NCBI RefSeq assembly: GCF_000181795.1
Contig: NW_003526943.1
Coordinates: 8,033,792 to 8,097,791, forward strand
Reading direction: 5' to 3'
DNA: 64,000 nt
From: Trichinella spiralis
Lineage: Eukaryota
The notes under the pieces were generated by a model. It saw only the letters and a list, made by a program, of their open reading frames with translations. It searched no databases and was not told the DNA's origin. Below, piece after piece: positions 1-14,369 of the stretch (positions are counted from its first letter, which is position 1; each line of letters opens with the position of its first letter). Position numbers and translations under genes: made by a program.

Positions 1-3000
1 TGATGATCTAATAGAGAACTAAGTATACAATCATTGCTGTAACTGAGTCAAACATTTAAATATGAAGTACCAAATAGCACTCCCTCGAGTTAAGGTTTTA
101 ACAATTGTTAGAACTGCTGAATTAATAATAATATTATTATTGGTAAATTTAATTTGAAAAGTATAATAAATTGTCTCCCTGTTTACTTATATTTTTAGAA
201 ATTTTCCAACTGATTAAATTATGATAAAAAAACAATACCACTATCCAATAGCAGCATACTGTGAACAAACAGAGACTTTATCATCAATTGCACAAGACTA
301 ATGGCGATAGAATTGATTGTCTTACAAAGATGTGAAGCAATAATTGAAAAGTCATTGTTCGTTGACATCGGACGAACAAAACGTTCGTTCAAAACGAGTC
401 GATCAATCAAACCACGCCCCTGCGTTGAAGATACAATCCTTCACAAGAAATAACATTATTTTCATTATGAAACAAATGTGTCATTTGGAACAACATTTTA
501 AAAATCATTTTCTCAAATTTTATTGCAACACTTGAATAACAAAGACAAGATTTAAAAAACTCACTTTACAAATTGTAAATTTAATTCAATAAGTTTACAA
601 TCAGATTAATTTGAAAACAGTAAATATGAAGGCTGAAACTGCTGCCACAAGAGAGTGTAATAAGAAAGTTTGAATTTGCATAATCAATTTCAGGCAATGT
701 TACGATTTAAATGCTTGAAAATGGCATTCTCTTTGAACTTTAAACAAAAAGCAAATAAATCTATCTTTTCTATGCATGCAAAGAAAATTTTTGCTCCATA
801 AAATTGCATCATTTTGGTATCTTTAAAACAAAATCAATACAATCATTCATCTAATCTGATTTTACTGTAAACTGTAAGAGATTTAATAAAACCAAAAGCT
901 AAACAATAAAATGATAGATTAAAAGTAAAAATACAAAAATATATATACATATTACAAGCAGTAACTAGTGAAACAAAGTGAAAAAAATTAAACAGTGCAA
1001 AATAAAAACATTCTGAATTAAATACTAAAAAACAGCCGGCTACATTAAAAATAAATCGTTTGCAAGAACCAATTTATACTTGAAACTTTTGAACGAGTAA
1101 AACTAAAAGCATTATTTATTAAGAGATAGGTAAGCTGAAATAAAAATATTAACTGGTTTTTAACTTTTAAGACTATTAAAATATTATTAAAAACTATTTT
1201 AGTTCCAGTACTGCAATGAACAATTTAAAAAAGAACAAAATACAGCAGAGCTTAATTAATTAATTAATAGTTTCTATCATTACCTGCGACAGTGTTCTAA
1301 TCTCTGCTCAAAATGAATAATATCACAAAAATCAAAAATGAAATAAACAAATAAAGTAAATAAAGATGCAAAATATGAATAGATCAAAACGTTGGATTGA
1401 ATATCTGCTCAGTACGCGTTATTATTCACAAGCGCTGATGTAAAGCTACAATGACGCATTCAACAAAAAAGGATTGCATCTAAAGTAAATAAACAAGCAT
1501 CTAACCCAAAAACTAAACATCTAATCTGCAGAATTAAAATTCTGTAATGAATTTATCTTAAAAAATGTTTTCATATGAAAAAGAATAAATGACAAGTAAA
1601 AATTTCATCACTGTTTTTCTAATTAAAAAAAACACAACTTTTTTTCATAAATATTACATTTCAGGGTGTTTGCATTTTTCAAGCAAATCAAAGGCGCTCA
1701 AAATGGATTGTTGTGCAAACAAAGCAAATGATAGCATTATACAAAAGCATGCATCGGTAATGTTAATACAGAGAATAAAAAATTTAATAAAAACAGATTA
1801 TGTATAAATTTTATTTAAATTAAAGAAATCATTTTGAAACAGCAAAAGAATAATAATCAAAAAATGAAAAAAAAGAAAATATGTAATTATTTAATTAATG
1901 CAATCAAGAAGATAAATAAAATCAATTTACGTCAAATATCAGTGCTTTTATATATATTTCATTTCAGATGAGTTTGAATAAATTTCATCATCATCACATG
2001 AATAACATTGAAAATAACGAATGCATTGTTGTAAACTTTGATACAAGCTGCTATAATACAGTAAACGAAAGAAAATGTTTAATTGAATACTGATCAAATA
2101 ACGCTTAAAATAGTACATCCCACGCCCATATTTTACATATGTACTACATTTGAATTTTGAACAATCAAAATTGAAAAAATTCAAATCAAACTGTAAATTG
2201 GATACAATCGCTGTACGCAGTGAAGAACAAGCGAATGGTAGGTATGGTTCCAAAATTGTGTCCAATATCCATCCGAATTGTGGAAGAAGTAAAAAATTTT
2301 TTTTTCTTCATCAAATATACATTACAACTGCAACAGTTTAATGAAGCTGAAGAAACTGTTTGTTGAACAAAAATCAATCAATAACATATTGCCTGCCCAC
2401 TGTGCTGTCTGTGTTGTTCACAGTAGCGAAAATCGATCGAACCTTTTCATGTCGATATCATGGACACTTGTTAAATCTTTGACAAATTTTCAATAAACAG
2501 CCATCAAAATCGATCGAGCGAAACTTTCTTCTTTCTGCTCAGCAACAAAAAGCAGTAGCATTCTTCTTCATGTTCACACACAGAAAGTTGTCGATAGGAA
2601 AACATCTGCCAGTTTCTGCTTATAATCTTCTCGAAACAATGCTTTCAAAATACTTCATGTCGTTCATAATTGTACTATTCTCACTTTGATGAAATGTGAA
2701 GAAATGATCGTATCCAATTCCAAAAAAAAGTATATTCTTCCAAAGCTCATCTAATTGAATATAAAAAAAATATCTATCCACCTTTCGGTCAATTGTTGCA
2801 GCGGCAGCAATTCACCATTCATTTCATTATTCTCCCTCTTTTTCCAAAATTGATATCAAAATCAATTGACATCGTCGATCAGCTTGCAACCGACGAAGAT
2901 GATTATTATTGGTGTTCATCTGGTTGAATTATTCAATTAACAATGCAAAAAGTTATTCAAGGCTCAAAATTATCGATCGTGAACATCGAAACACACGCAC

Positions 3001-3184
3001 ACACAAAACAAGCCATACAGTTTGATCGGAAACGACGTAATTAGACCATCCCCTGGACACCTGGGGCAAACAATCTTCTTCGCATTTCTTAGATGGCCAT
3101 CAAACGTGTCTCATAATTTCGTTTTACAAATTAAACGTATATTTTTCAAAACAAAATAATTGAAATTTGCTGTACTCTTCACTT

Positions 3185-3254
3185 CTCCCCTATACCCCTC
3201 TTCCCCTCCCCCTCCCCCTCCCTCCCTCCCTCCCTCTCTCCCCTATACCCCTCC
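3185..3254. repeat. C-rich polypyrimidine tract ((CCCT)n/(CCCCCT)n) bracketed by a CTCCCCTATACCCCTC direct repeat
   Basis: Read directly; many G3-G5 runs on the minus strand. Confidence 0.85.
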
Positions 3255-6223
3255 TTTACTTTTTTCCCTTCAATTTGACATATCAAACAATGAATACAAA
3301 GTAAACTCTAAAATTGAAAAAAATAACTTCAACAAAACATTTCAAATTCATGAAACATTCAAAATAATACATAATATGCACAATTTAATCTATTTAACAG
3401 ATAATAAGAATAAATTTTTAATATTATTAACTATGCATCAAATAAACTGTTGCTTATTTATATCGTATTATATTTTCTGCGTTCGAAAATTGATCAGTGC
3501 AAAAAACGCTTATTGTAAACTGGTATTTTACAATGTTGAAAAGCGTACAAACGATGATGGAACTGGGAAAATATTATCATCATAAATACAATCATCTCTG
3601 CTTCGATTGCGAAAAGCATTTCCAATTTGCTCTCAGCAAACTGTGAGGAAAGAAAATAACAAAAAAACAAATTCACAGCTGAAATTATCAAAATGCCCGT
3701 TTTCATTTATGATTTTTGAATTTTATGCACTGGCTTTATTCCTAATATTGTTTTTTGTACAGTTCGAATCCCGTTCCTACTGCTTGTCGCTTGCGGCAGC
3801 AGTCACGTATTCATGAATACAATGGCGCGTCATTTTTCTTCAACAAAAGCATTGTTCAACATTTTCCCTACTCTGCTAAAACTGAACAACATGTGAGATT
3901 TTTTATTGATCAAAAAATATGCAAAGCGTCTAGATGAAAATTTTCTGAAAATAATGAGGAAAAACAAATTGAACAAACACCACGTGCAAAAGCTGGATAT
4001 CTGTTTCCTGATCAATCTGAACAACAAGCTGCATGTCATATTTCTCATTGATCATTGATCACTCATTATGAAATTAAACTCTTTTTTTACGACATTAATT
4101 TTAATTGGACAACTTGACTTCAAAGAAAATATCTACTGTAAAACGCAACCAACCTCTGTTTTTTCCATTGCGCAGACATTAACCATTGACTTTATTAACT
4201 GACAATTATAATTCAATAAATTTTTTAACTTGCATATAATATATATAATTTTTGTATGATACTGTTTCAAGATCATGCAGCAGGCATCTCAGGCTGGGTA
4301 GATAAATTTACATTTTCTGCAAAACAATTTTGCATAATGGGATTTGTTACAACATGATAAAACATCCACTTTAAAATCTATCATTACAATTAAATTAATA
4401 AATCATTCAACATGCAAAAATATTGAACAAAATGATATTTTTTAAGTAATATACTAGTAAAGGAAAAAAAATGCAAAGTCCCGTAATAAATAAATACATA
4501 AATATTTTCATATTAAATTAAAATACATTATGAATTTTCTTATCAGTAAGCATTTTCGTGCATTGAATTGATTATTGATGAATTTTAAAAAAATGAATGA
4601 ATGAATGAATGAATGAATTACAATTAATTAAATCATTGAATCATTGAGACAAAGAAAAAAGAATGAAAGCAAATAATTGTTGGTTTGCCAATATCCTTGA
4701 TCCTTGTTCAAAGAAATTGTTCTAATTTGCCAACGTTTGAACGTTGCAAAGTTGCAAGTTCTTTCAGCTTCGTGCTTTGGATATGATTCTTGACGAAACT
4801 GCACAAAGCGTTCGCAGAAACAACGTGACGTGGACACTATTCCAATATCAGCTCAGCTTAATGCAAAGCTGAAGAAAACAAACTCGAAAGCCGGCTTAAC
4901 ATGACCATCGTCGCAACCACAAACCACAGAGGCCGTAAAGCAAACAAACATCACGGCAAAGCTTACCAAGAGCAGACGAGCAACACGTAAGAAAGCATAT
5001 AACAAGCCAGTCAGTCAATCGACAAAGCTTGACACAATCGAACAGTTCTAATTTCACTCAATCTATGCTGAAAAATCTTATTCCATCTATTCCATAATGT
5101 GTGAACACAAGATAAAAGCATGAAAAATTAAAATAAATTTGCTGAACCACCCAAACCAAAAATATTCACAGTGGAAAGAAAAAAAACAAATACCAATAAA
5201 CTGACGTTACAGCTACAGAATCTGTAGAATAGAAGAATATGCTTCTGTACAACTGAATAGAAACATTTGCATACCGTATAAATTGCTTCAACATTTCTCT
5301 TCTTTTCACTGAATTGTTAAAAATATAAACAATAACCATTTGAATTTTAAAAAATATTAGCACAATAACTGAAAAAAATATATTAATTAATCAAATCTAG
5401 ATCTACTTTTCATTATCCAATACTGTGACTGCTGTAACAAATGTTATGAATCTACCTGTGATATATTTATTTAATGAAACACATACTGTTAAACTGCACT
5501 TCTCTTTCTATTGCTAAAAACTGAAACATTTTCTTATTGCTGCTATGCGTTCAATTTCCTTTAAAGTTGCAAAAAAATTAAATTATACCTGTATGATAAT
5601 GAAGATTGATTGCACTGTTGCGCATAAAATGAAAACAAATAGCAAATAAAATTTCTTAAATATAAAGTACAAATAGCGAGAACATTTTATAAGTATATGT
5701 TTATTATAAGTAATATGAGATATGTTATTATAAGTAAACAGATTACTCTTAATAAATTATTTCACTCAAGCAATCAATCGTTTAATTTAAAAAGTATTTG
5801 TATTCATCATTTTGTTATTTGCTTACAACACTAGGTATACAGGAAAAGAGAATTTTCATTTTCCAGTGCAAGCTTACAAATATTTGCAACTTTCAGCAAC
5901 AATAGCGAAAGTTGAAAATGCATTGCAAGAATGTTTTGTTTGCTACTTGCTTCAATTAAACACGAATGATCATCTTCCTATTAAAATAAGCACATAACAG
6001 TGAGAAAATGATAATAAACAAAACATGTTACTTTTGTCATCTGATTTCGCCATTGTTGAATGGTATTTTTTAAATACAATATATTAAATACATATGTGAA
6101 TTCAGCGTTTAATATTAAGGACATTGATAAAAGTGCAACTGAATAAAGTATCATCATAAGTGAACAATATACAAACATTAAAAAAATTTTTTTTCCAAAA
6201 TTTTGATACATAAAGGCATTATG

Positions 6224-6281
6224 ATTTAATGAATGAAGGTAGTATACAAAATATTTAATGAATGAAAGTAGTATACAAAAT
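6224..6281. repeat. Tandem duplication of a 29-bp unit
   Basis: ATTTAATGAATGAAGGTAGTATACAAAAT (6224-6252) followed by a copy with one substitution (6253-6281). Confidence 0.9.
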
Positions 6282-7204
6282 ATTGCAAAATATGAAACAT
6301 CACGTTTCCAATAAAAGAAACTGAAAACATGATTGAATAATTGTTCATGTATGACTTAAGAAAATTTCATTTCAATATGAATCATTTATGAAACCATAGT
6401 TCGAACCACCCTCAGTTGGGGATGTGACAAACAGACCCCTGCTGTATTTCAGTTTTGAAATTTTGTAGCGTCTTTTTACATTGCATTAGGGATTTTTGAA
6501 AAAGCAATACACACAAGTATGTTTGGAAACTACCTTCAGTACATGGTAATTTTACACGATTGCAAGTATGCAAGCTTCGTTTGTAAAACTGTACAATTTC
6601 CACTGAACGTGGTCTTATTGTTAGAATGAGGTGCAACTGCAGCATAATGCAAGCGTGGATTTCAGGTGCTGGCATCAGTCCATTTGCCTCTTCCTGCGCT
6701 TGTTTGTAGCAAGGATTGCAAAGCTCGAGTTCGCAAATAAATACCGGTGTCTCGCTTTAGTATAATTAAAAATCTGAGATATTTATAGTTCCGTTCGAAT
6801 GCGCTGATCAATCTTTGAAATTATCACGCGCTGATCGATCAGCCAAGCTAATTGAGTTCGGATTTCCGAACTGAGGAGACCGAGGAAAGTGCTCAGCGCA
6901 ACATTGAGTTGAACAAAAACAGTTGCAGGTAAATGAAAAATTCAAAAACAACAACCAAATAAAGATACTAAAATTAATAAATAATATGAAAAAATGTCTA
7001 TTTATTTACGTTTTGTTTTCCTCTCTATCTCTCAAACAGTGAAAGAATATTTTCATAAAACAGGCCAATCAAATCAATACATGAAAATACAGTACACGTA
7101 CTGTAGAAAACGAAAATGATAAAAACTGAAAAGATCCGCGAAAAAAATAATAAATAATTGGTGTGAATGAATAAGAAAGAAGAAAAGAAAAGAGCAGCAC
7201 ATAC

Positions 7205-7291
7205 CTGCAATGCGGGCAAATCGAACGTTTGCCAAAATTCACAAATCGCTTCCACGTCAATAGTGCTGTACGCGTACTGTTCAGCTTGCAT
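7205..7291 (-). CDS. CUX1: First coding exon of a CUX1/CASP (cut-like homeobox / Golgi CASP) gene; no later exon recognised in 1-7204, so the rest probably lies left of the window
   Basis: Encodes MQAEQYAYSTIDVEAICEFWQTFDLPALQ followed by a phase-0 donor CAG|GTATGT at 7204. This resembles the CUX1/CASP N-terminus (MFQYWKRFDLQQLQ), which I recall being interrupted by an intron at the same point. Confidence 0.7.
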
Positions 7292-10200
7292 GACGTGCTC
7301 TGATCAACATTATCAAGTTTACTTGATTCTTACAATTATAATTTAAAAAAAAAATTAAAGCATTACTTGATGCTTCTGCTGCTGTCGCCTTTGCCTGTGG
7401 CTCTTCTGCTTTGTTTGTCTTTGTTTGCTTCTTCTTCTTCTTCTTCTTCTGTATATACTGATCGCTTTTGTTTTGCGCTTTAACTTTGAAATCAACAACA
7501 AATTCAAAATTTGTACAATAAATTCACCACCAAAATTGATGCTCTGGTGTGAAAAGATGCAAATGTGAAAAATGATGATGATGATGACGATGGCCAAGTG
7601 CGGATTGTCAGTGTTGTAGTATACAATGATAGTGCAATGTCGGCGTTGCTCCACTGGCCAAGTCGGTGTCAAAGCTGTGCGGTTTTGCAACCGCTGTGGT
7701 CGATCGATCGCCAATACATGAACGCCGGTCGGACGGACGATTTTCTCGATTGCCTGATGGGTGATCGTCAAATTAGCCGGCGCCGATCGATAGCTACTCT
7801 CTGACCACGGCCGGTTAAGCGCCACCGCAACAAGCTCGTCGTCTGCACGGTATACAGGCTGCTGACAAACCCCTCTGCTGACCGGCCAACTTTACCATTC
7901 ATTCACTTGGCTTTACCACCGGCCTCCCTGACAACAACCTCTTACACACTGATATGCTGGATATGCTTGTGTAGATTAGCTTTTTCCAGGGGATTGTGGA
8001 GGATGGACAATTTTTCACCTACATCGGCAATCGATAAATATTGATTTTTAACTTCAGAATGCACATGCCATCCTCGAAAACGCCGGCCAAGAGCCGTACT
8101 AGCGCGAGAACATAGGAAAAGATGAAGCCGGAAAAACGCGATGCTGAACAGAATTTTCAATTACAAATCTCCCAACGCGCCAACAGAACTCAACTAAAAT
8201 TAAAAACTACCAACAATACAACCGCCACACAATACATTGTTATTCAAATAATATTCACTCACATTTGTAATTTTTATTATCATTATTAATTGATTTATTT
8301 ATTTATGAAAAAAATAAAAGAAACTGTTTTTTTAATCTCTCCATACCACCACCATATTGCATACAATATACAATATACAATATATTGCGCATCATGATAT
8401 ATATATATATATATATTTCGATATTCATATCTGTACTTTTTGTTCCATTTTTTTAACATTTATCAAATTTAATCAAATCAAATATCCAATAAATCAATAA
8501 TACATGCATGCTCAAAATAATAACAACAATAATAATAATAATAACAAGAACAAGAACAAGAATTGACTTATCGATAAAGTTATTGCTGCACTGAGTGTGG
8601 AAAATTTTCAACATGCAGAAAAACTCCTACTCTGGCCCAATCACAGCTAAGCTCAACTTGAGACACAGTGGAATCGATCCAGCCTGAAACAGACACGGGA
8701 GATTAATGAAGTTCGCAGAAAATCTTATTTTCTATATTTATCCCAAACTTCAAAGCAAGCAAAGTTTAAAAAGTCAACTTCAAATCAACGTTCAACTTTA
8801 ATATGATATTATAATAATAATAAATATTATTTGTTTTATTATTTTTCAAAATCCAAATACTTTCTTTTACTGAAATGATGCATTTGATGTAAATGAAATC
8901 AAAGTAAGCATGACAAATTGTACATATAACAACGTTATTAATCAAATGAAACAAATGTGAATACAACGACTAATAAATGAATGAATGAATGAATGAATGG
9001 ACAAAATTCTTAACATTTCATTAATTAAATAAAAAAATTACATCATGAATGTTATAAAAAAATATTACCGTTGCCAAACATCTAATACATTGTAATTATT
9101 GCAATGAACTAATAAATCATAACATCGACAGATATGATTCGGTTTTTATACACAAAATCATTTTATTATCTCAGTCTATAATATGCAAAAAAAATAAAAT
9201 CTAAAATTGCCTAGTTACACAACAATTTGCAATTTCTATGATTTGTTTCCATCTCCTTGTCATTTGCTTGATTTAAAAATTAGTACCTGCATCTGTGCAA
9301 ACAATTTGCTGTTTGCAAATATTTTCATATTTCTGAATAAATGAAATGATCTCATGAATTGAAAAAACAAGAAAAAATCACAGACAATCAAAATCAAACC
9401 ATCTGTATTGCTAAATTACGATTAAAATGAACGCTCAATTAATATAATATCGTTCACAGCAAATGTCAGAAGAAAACTGCACACACAATAACTAATTAAC
9501 TAAACAGGCTCCGAATTAACCATAGCTTGGTCAGAAAAACAGAAATTTTTATATCAAATCATAATAAATGCTTCTTTGAAACATGCAAAATATGAAACAT
9601 TTATTATACAATCTATCTTCAAATGCTTCTTACCAATACTGCGATCTGTTATATTGAAAAATTGATTTTCTTTCCCTTTTTCATTTCTGCAAGAATCGAC
9701 TATTAGCAGTAACGCTTGCTCAAAATAATAACAGGCAATTTTTCTGGCTGATCTTACAATACTACAATGTACATGTGCACCTGGCATGCTTGATTTATAT
9801 CATAAAATAAATTCTCAATTTCTGAAAATTTTAAACCACAATATAATTTAGAAAATTGCCAAACAAACATCATTTTAATCGCACTTATATATATATATAT
9901 ATATATGTAAATATTATACTTAAAGAAAAACAAGCAGATATAAGATACATGATATCATGCAATGTAATGCATCATTTACAGCTTTTATAAAATTTACATA
10001 ATATTTTCAACCAAATTTTGTTCAACTTATTCAATAAATACGAATGAATTATCATAAAAAATGAAAAGAACATTATACTTGAACGTTCTATTCAAATAAT
10101 AACTTACAAAAGATTATTCAAATAATGTATTATAGTTGAAAAAATATTTTTAAAATTATTTCACAATAAAGTTAAAAGGCATAAATTAAATGGAGAATTC

Positions 10201-10414
10201 TTTCAACATTTTCAATGTTAATTCTTCATTCCATTTTTGATGAGATTATAAATCAGTAATCACGTAACAAAGCATGTCTAACTTAAAATGCTCACGCTAA
10301 ATTAGTTTTCATTTTCTATTTTATTGCTTGTAACATGACCAAGTTATACTTTTGTTGCTATGTTGATTTTCCATGCATGTAATTCACATGTGCACTTGAT
10401 TGCTTCATTCCATT

Positions 10415-10445
<31 letters not shown>

Positions 10446-11042
10446 TGCTCTGTATTTACATTTATTAATTTTTTCACATGTTGAGAAAATATTTCACATT
10501 AAACCATTAATAGCATCAGATAACATCATATAAAAAGTTTTGTAAGATATTCAAAATGCATGAACAAAAGGAAATTTTATTTTGTCAATGTTTTTTTCAA
10601 ATTAAATTAATTTCACTACAGAGAATATAGACAAAATAAAATGTTAACTTGAAGTAGTTTTGAAAAATTATCGTTTTAAATATCGTAATTAAAGCCTATA
10701 TAAATAAAACACTCACACATACAAAGCTAGTATGTGAAATAACTTAAAAGTTTATAAATTTCAAAATAAGTCGCGTATAATCGCAATCGACTAAAACTTT
10801 TTGGAAAATAAAGACTCAAAAGTAGAATAAGAAATAATAAAAAACCATTTGTATAATATTAATGTATGATAAAAAAATATGAAATGACACCTTTTAAATT
10901 CAAAGAACAACTGAATATTTTAATAAAAAATTCATAAACTTCCTCCATGTACTGTTCGGACTTTTTGCATTCAAAAAATTTTTATTACTGAACATTAAAC
11001 TAAAGTAAATAATTCGTGCAATTGAAAATGGTATACATTGTA

Positions 11043-12192
11043 CAGTCGCGGACTTAAAACTCGCGGATTTTTGATGGAGTAAATGATTTACCAATCAGAG
11101 TAAATGGAAAATTTAGTTTATTTTACAGCATTTTGATGACCATTTACATAGGGTCACTTTCAGAAAAACGGTGAACATAAATGCGGAAGCTGAATTTAAT
11201 TGTTTACCTTCCAATATCAAGCTAATATCATAAAAACAAAACCCGGAAATCTCTACATCTTATTTACATTCTACTGTATTTATATAATATAGATCTGCAG
11301 GTTTAGTGTAAGGTTTTCAATTGTGAGGATCCACTCCATAACAGTAATGATGAAGACTCACCCAACTCAGATTCTAATTAATCATTACTAATAAGAGAAA
11401 TAAACAAAAATGAATTCAAAAAGGGCTACTGTAAATGAGTGGTTGGTTTGCGGAATGACTGGCAACTGTCCAACAGACCAACTGACTTTTGGTTCTTCGT
11501 CTGTTCTTCGCATATATTGTACAGCTGCTGCTGAACGTTAATGAAATCGAACTATACTTGTCAATCAAGAATATAAGCATAAAATCATAAAATAATACTT
11601 CAAACAGTGATATAAGAAATAGATAAATAATAAATTTCAGCTAAAACTCAAAATTTCACAAGTTTTTTGAAAAAATTAATGTTCGAAGAACTTGTGAAAA
11701 TTCTGCATGCACTTAAGCAGGTAGCAAGTGAAGTTTTATAAGCGGATTCAAATATGGTTCGCGCGATTAAGTTTAAGCCTGATTTGGAAATAACTGCGGA
11801 ACCATATCAGCGAATTCTCTATAAAATGAAAAAAAGGAAGAAACAACTTCTGATAACGATGTTTTTCAAAAAAGATGCGCCGGCTAGTCCATCCACTTTT
11901 GGCAAGCATGCATGCAAGAACGCAGTCCCCCCCCCCCCCATTTTGATTCTTATATTCTTAAGAATTGCATTGTAGACTATTATATGTATATTAATTGTAG
12001 ATATTTATATGATAAATATTTAGCTTGCAAATCAATAAACGTTCCGTAACATCCCATGCAGTTTACAGACAATTGCGTAGGACTATAAGGCATCTGCAAA
12101 GCAAATAAACAGGAGCGGCATGCATTCACGGATTTTCGAATTCACGGCGGTTATCTCTGGAACGCACAACCGCGAATTTCAAGGGCCGACTG
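11043..12192 (+). mobile_element. Tigger/pogo-family (Tc1/mariner superfamily) DNA transposon, internally deleted, non-autonomous
   Basis: TA|CAGTCGCGGACTTAAAACTCGCGG at the left end; the right end reverse complement is TA|CAGTCGGCCCTTGAAATTCGCGG (degenerate TIRs, TA target duplication). The internal ORF at 11754-11975 (MVRAIKF...PYQRILYKMKKRKKQLLITMFFKK) resembles the C-terminus of Tigger/TIGD transposases. Confidence 0.75.
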
Positions 12193-13925
12193 TATTAGTG
12201 ACATAATACATGTCACAGCAGTTAAAAATTTAAAGCATTATAAATTATTAAAATTAAATTATATTGGGAAAATACAAAGCATTAATTTCTTTTGAAAAGG
12301 TCACTCATAAGTAGTTTTGAAATTTTGAAAATGTTAATCATGAAAACTTAAACGTCAATTACAGTATGATAGAAAGTAATTGAATTGTAAAAAACAGTTA
12401 TAAACATATTGACGTAAATAATAGACAGCAAAATTAAATAGAAACAGTTGAATAAAATGAAAAAAAAGAAAATAAAGCTTCTTTGTATGCCAATGAAAAA
12501 TAACTGTAAATTTTATATTCATTAAGTTTCATGCCAAACGACAGTTATTTAAAAAATGCGTGCAATCCAACAGCATTGCATAGCAATAATAATAGTATTG
12601 CTTAATCTTAACCGTACAAAAATATAATCTCATTCATCGCTTGATTCTGGATATTAAACAAAAGTAAAAAATGAAATTTTTATTGTTGAAATAACACAAT
12701 TACCATTGCGAAAGAAGATTTGTGTAAAATTTCATTCAAATCAATAATTACTATCGACTGCATTTATTGCCTCGATGAAATACGTAGTTTGCTTACTATA
12801 AGCCATCGGATTCATTGTAGAATAGCAGAAGAAAATTCCATTGCATAATAAATTGTAATATTTGAATATCTTCCGCGTGTGAAAAGCTGAATTAGCACTG
12901 CAGAAGGAAAAGTAAATAACAACTGATTTTGAAAAAGCAGCCAAAGTGATCAACGTAACGCAAAAAGTCAACATTTTGACAACACCATTATCTACATATA
13001 CATATATTTATATATAATTAATGAAAATGAGATCCGCACTGTCAATTAGTGAAAAGCAAGTGTAGCATATTAATTGAATTAAAGACGGCATTTAAAATTT
13101 CATAATTAGCGAAGTCGATTTTGGAAAATTCCGCTAGAAGAAAAAGAAATGGATTTGCAAATACTAATGTAAAATGCAACTTTGAAATTTAAGATCAACA
13201 TTTGACATTTTCGGTTCGTTTAAAAGAAATAATAAATGATTGACAAGCAGATCAAATTTTATTCAAACACATATTGATGACATTGATATAATTTATGAAT
13301 AGAACAATGTTTCAAAGTGAAAAACAATTACTGTGAAATATAAATCATAAATTTTTTCAGTTTTAAAATTTTATCAAAGTTATTTATTAAAATAATCAAA
13401 AAGTGAATAATGAATGATTCTTTTACCATTTGGATGAGATGTTTATTTTCATGTGTAATTTTTATGCAAATATATAAATATAAGTAGCATGATATTTAAT
13501 TTTTTTGTTGGATGAAAGAGAAGGAAAAAAATGAAAAGCATTTATGTACAGCGAGTAAATGTGTTATGCGCAGTGTAGAATAAATGTTGCCTTTTATGGT
13601 GGTATAAAACAATGACAACTTTTAATTACATTGCAATCCTGACAAGGCAAGTACAATGTTGATAGCACCAGCAAAACCAGTTTTTTCATAAATAAAGCAC
13701 TTTGTTTTAATGTTGCATTTTAATTAAATTATGAATATTAGCTGATTTCAAGAACATTGCAAAACATTCTCAATTTCAATTTTCAATACGTTTCTTAATT
13801 TGAATATTCAAAAAAATTTAACGCTGTTTTAAAATTGCATAGTATTTGAATTTTTGCCCCAAGATTTTTTAATCATAAGTGTTTATATTTTTACACAGTA
13901 CAGCTTGCTTTCAATTTCATTCGTG

Positions 13926-14241
13926 TGTAACGGGTCACAAATAATTAGACATGAAGAAATCACACAATAGTCATAATTATTATTACGGGTAAATCATTAA
14001 AGACCACAAGCCGAGGCGCCACCTATCGACAAGGAAGGAACTCTGCGGAACGCTGATTGGCTAGAAGCGGATCGGACAAGGAAAGCGGAAGTGAGTATTC
14101 GGAGTGTTGTAAACAAGAGCAGTTAGTGTGTTGATCTTGATCAGTGTCGGTGTGCTGTGCTTGTTGAGAAATAAACGTTTAACTCTCCCCATTATGACTC
14201 GTTTTGATGACGTTAATAAGAAGGAGCAACAGGCCGCTACA
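13926..14241 (+). mobile_element. Solo LTR (316 bp), Gypsy-like
   Basis: Ends TGTAACGG...CCGCTACA (7/8 inverted match); perfect 4-bp TSD CGTG (13922-13925 and 14242-14245); internal CTGATTGG, GCGGAAGTG and AATAAA (about 14169); GC-richer than flanks. Confidence 0.85.
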
Positions 14242-14340
14242 CGTGTTAATTTAATCATTTAACATAATCAACCCAGTTATATGTTGAATAAATATAATGA
14301 AATATGATTCATTTCACTTTTTCAATAAAAATAAGTACTT

Positions 14341-14369
14341 AATAAATAAATAAATAAATAAATAAATAA
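14341..14369. repeat. (AAAT)n microsatellite
   Basis: Read directly. Similar short microsatellites at about 4592-4618 (GAAT), 8397-8416 and 9886-9906 (TA), 8975-8998 (GAAT). Confidence 0.9.

Noticed and set aside
3160..3585. Proline-rich 141-aa ORF
   Set aside because: Translation of the C-rich tract plus AT-rich intron sequence; non-ATG start.
6705..6903. Possible solo LTR (TGTAGC...GCAACA)
   Set aside because: Inverted ends are present but flanks (TTGTT/TTGAG) do not form a convincing TSD; needs a repeat search.
7355..8160. ORFs in the GC-raised region upstream of the CUX1/CASP exon
   Set aside because: Contain translated simple repeats (CTT, GAT) and no family motif; more likely leader or promoter DNA.
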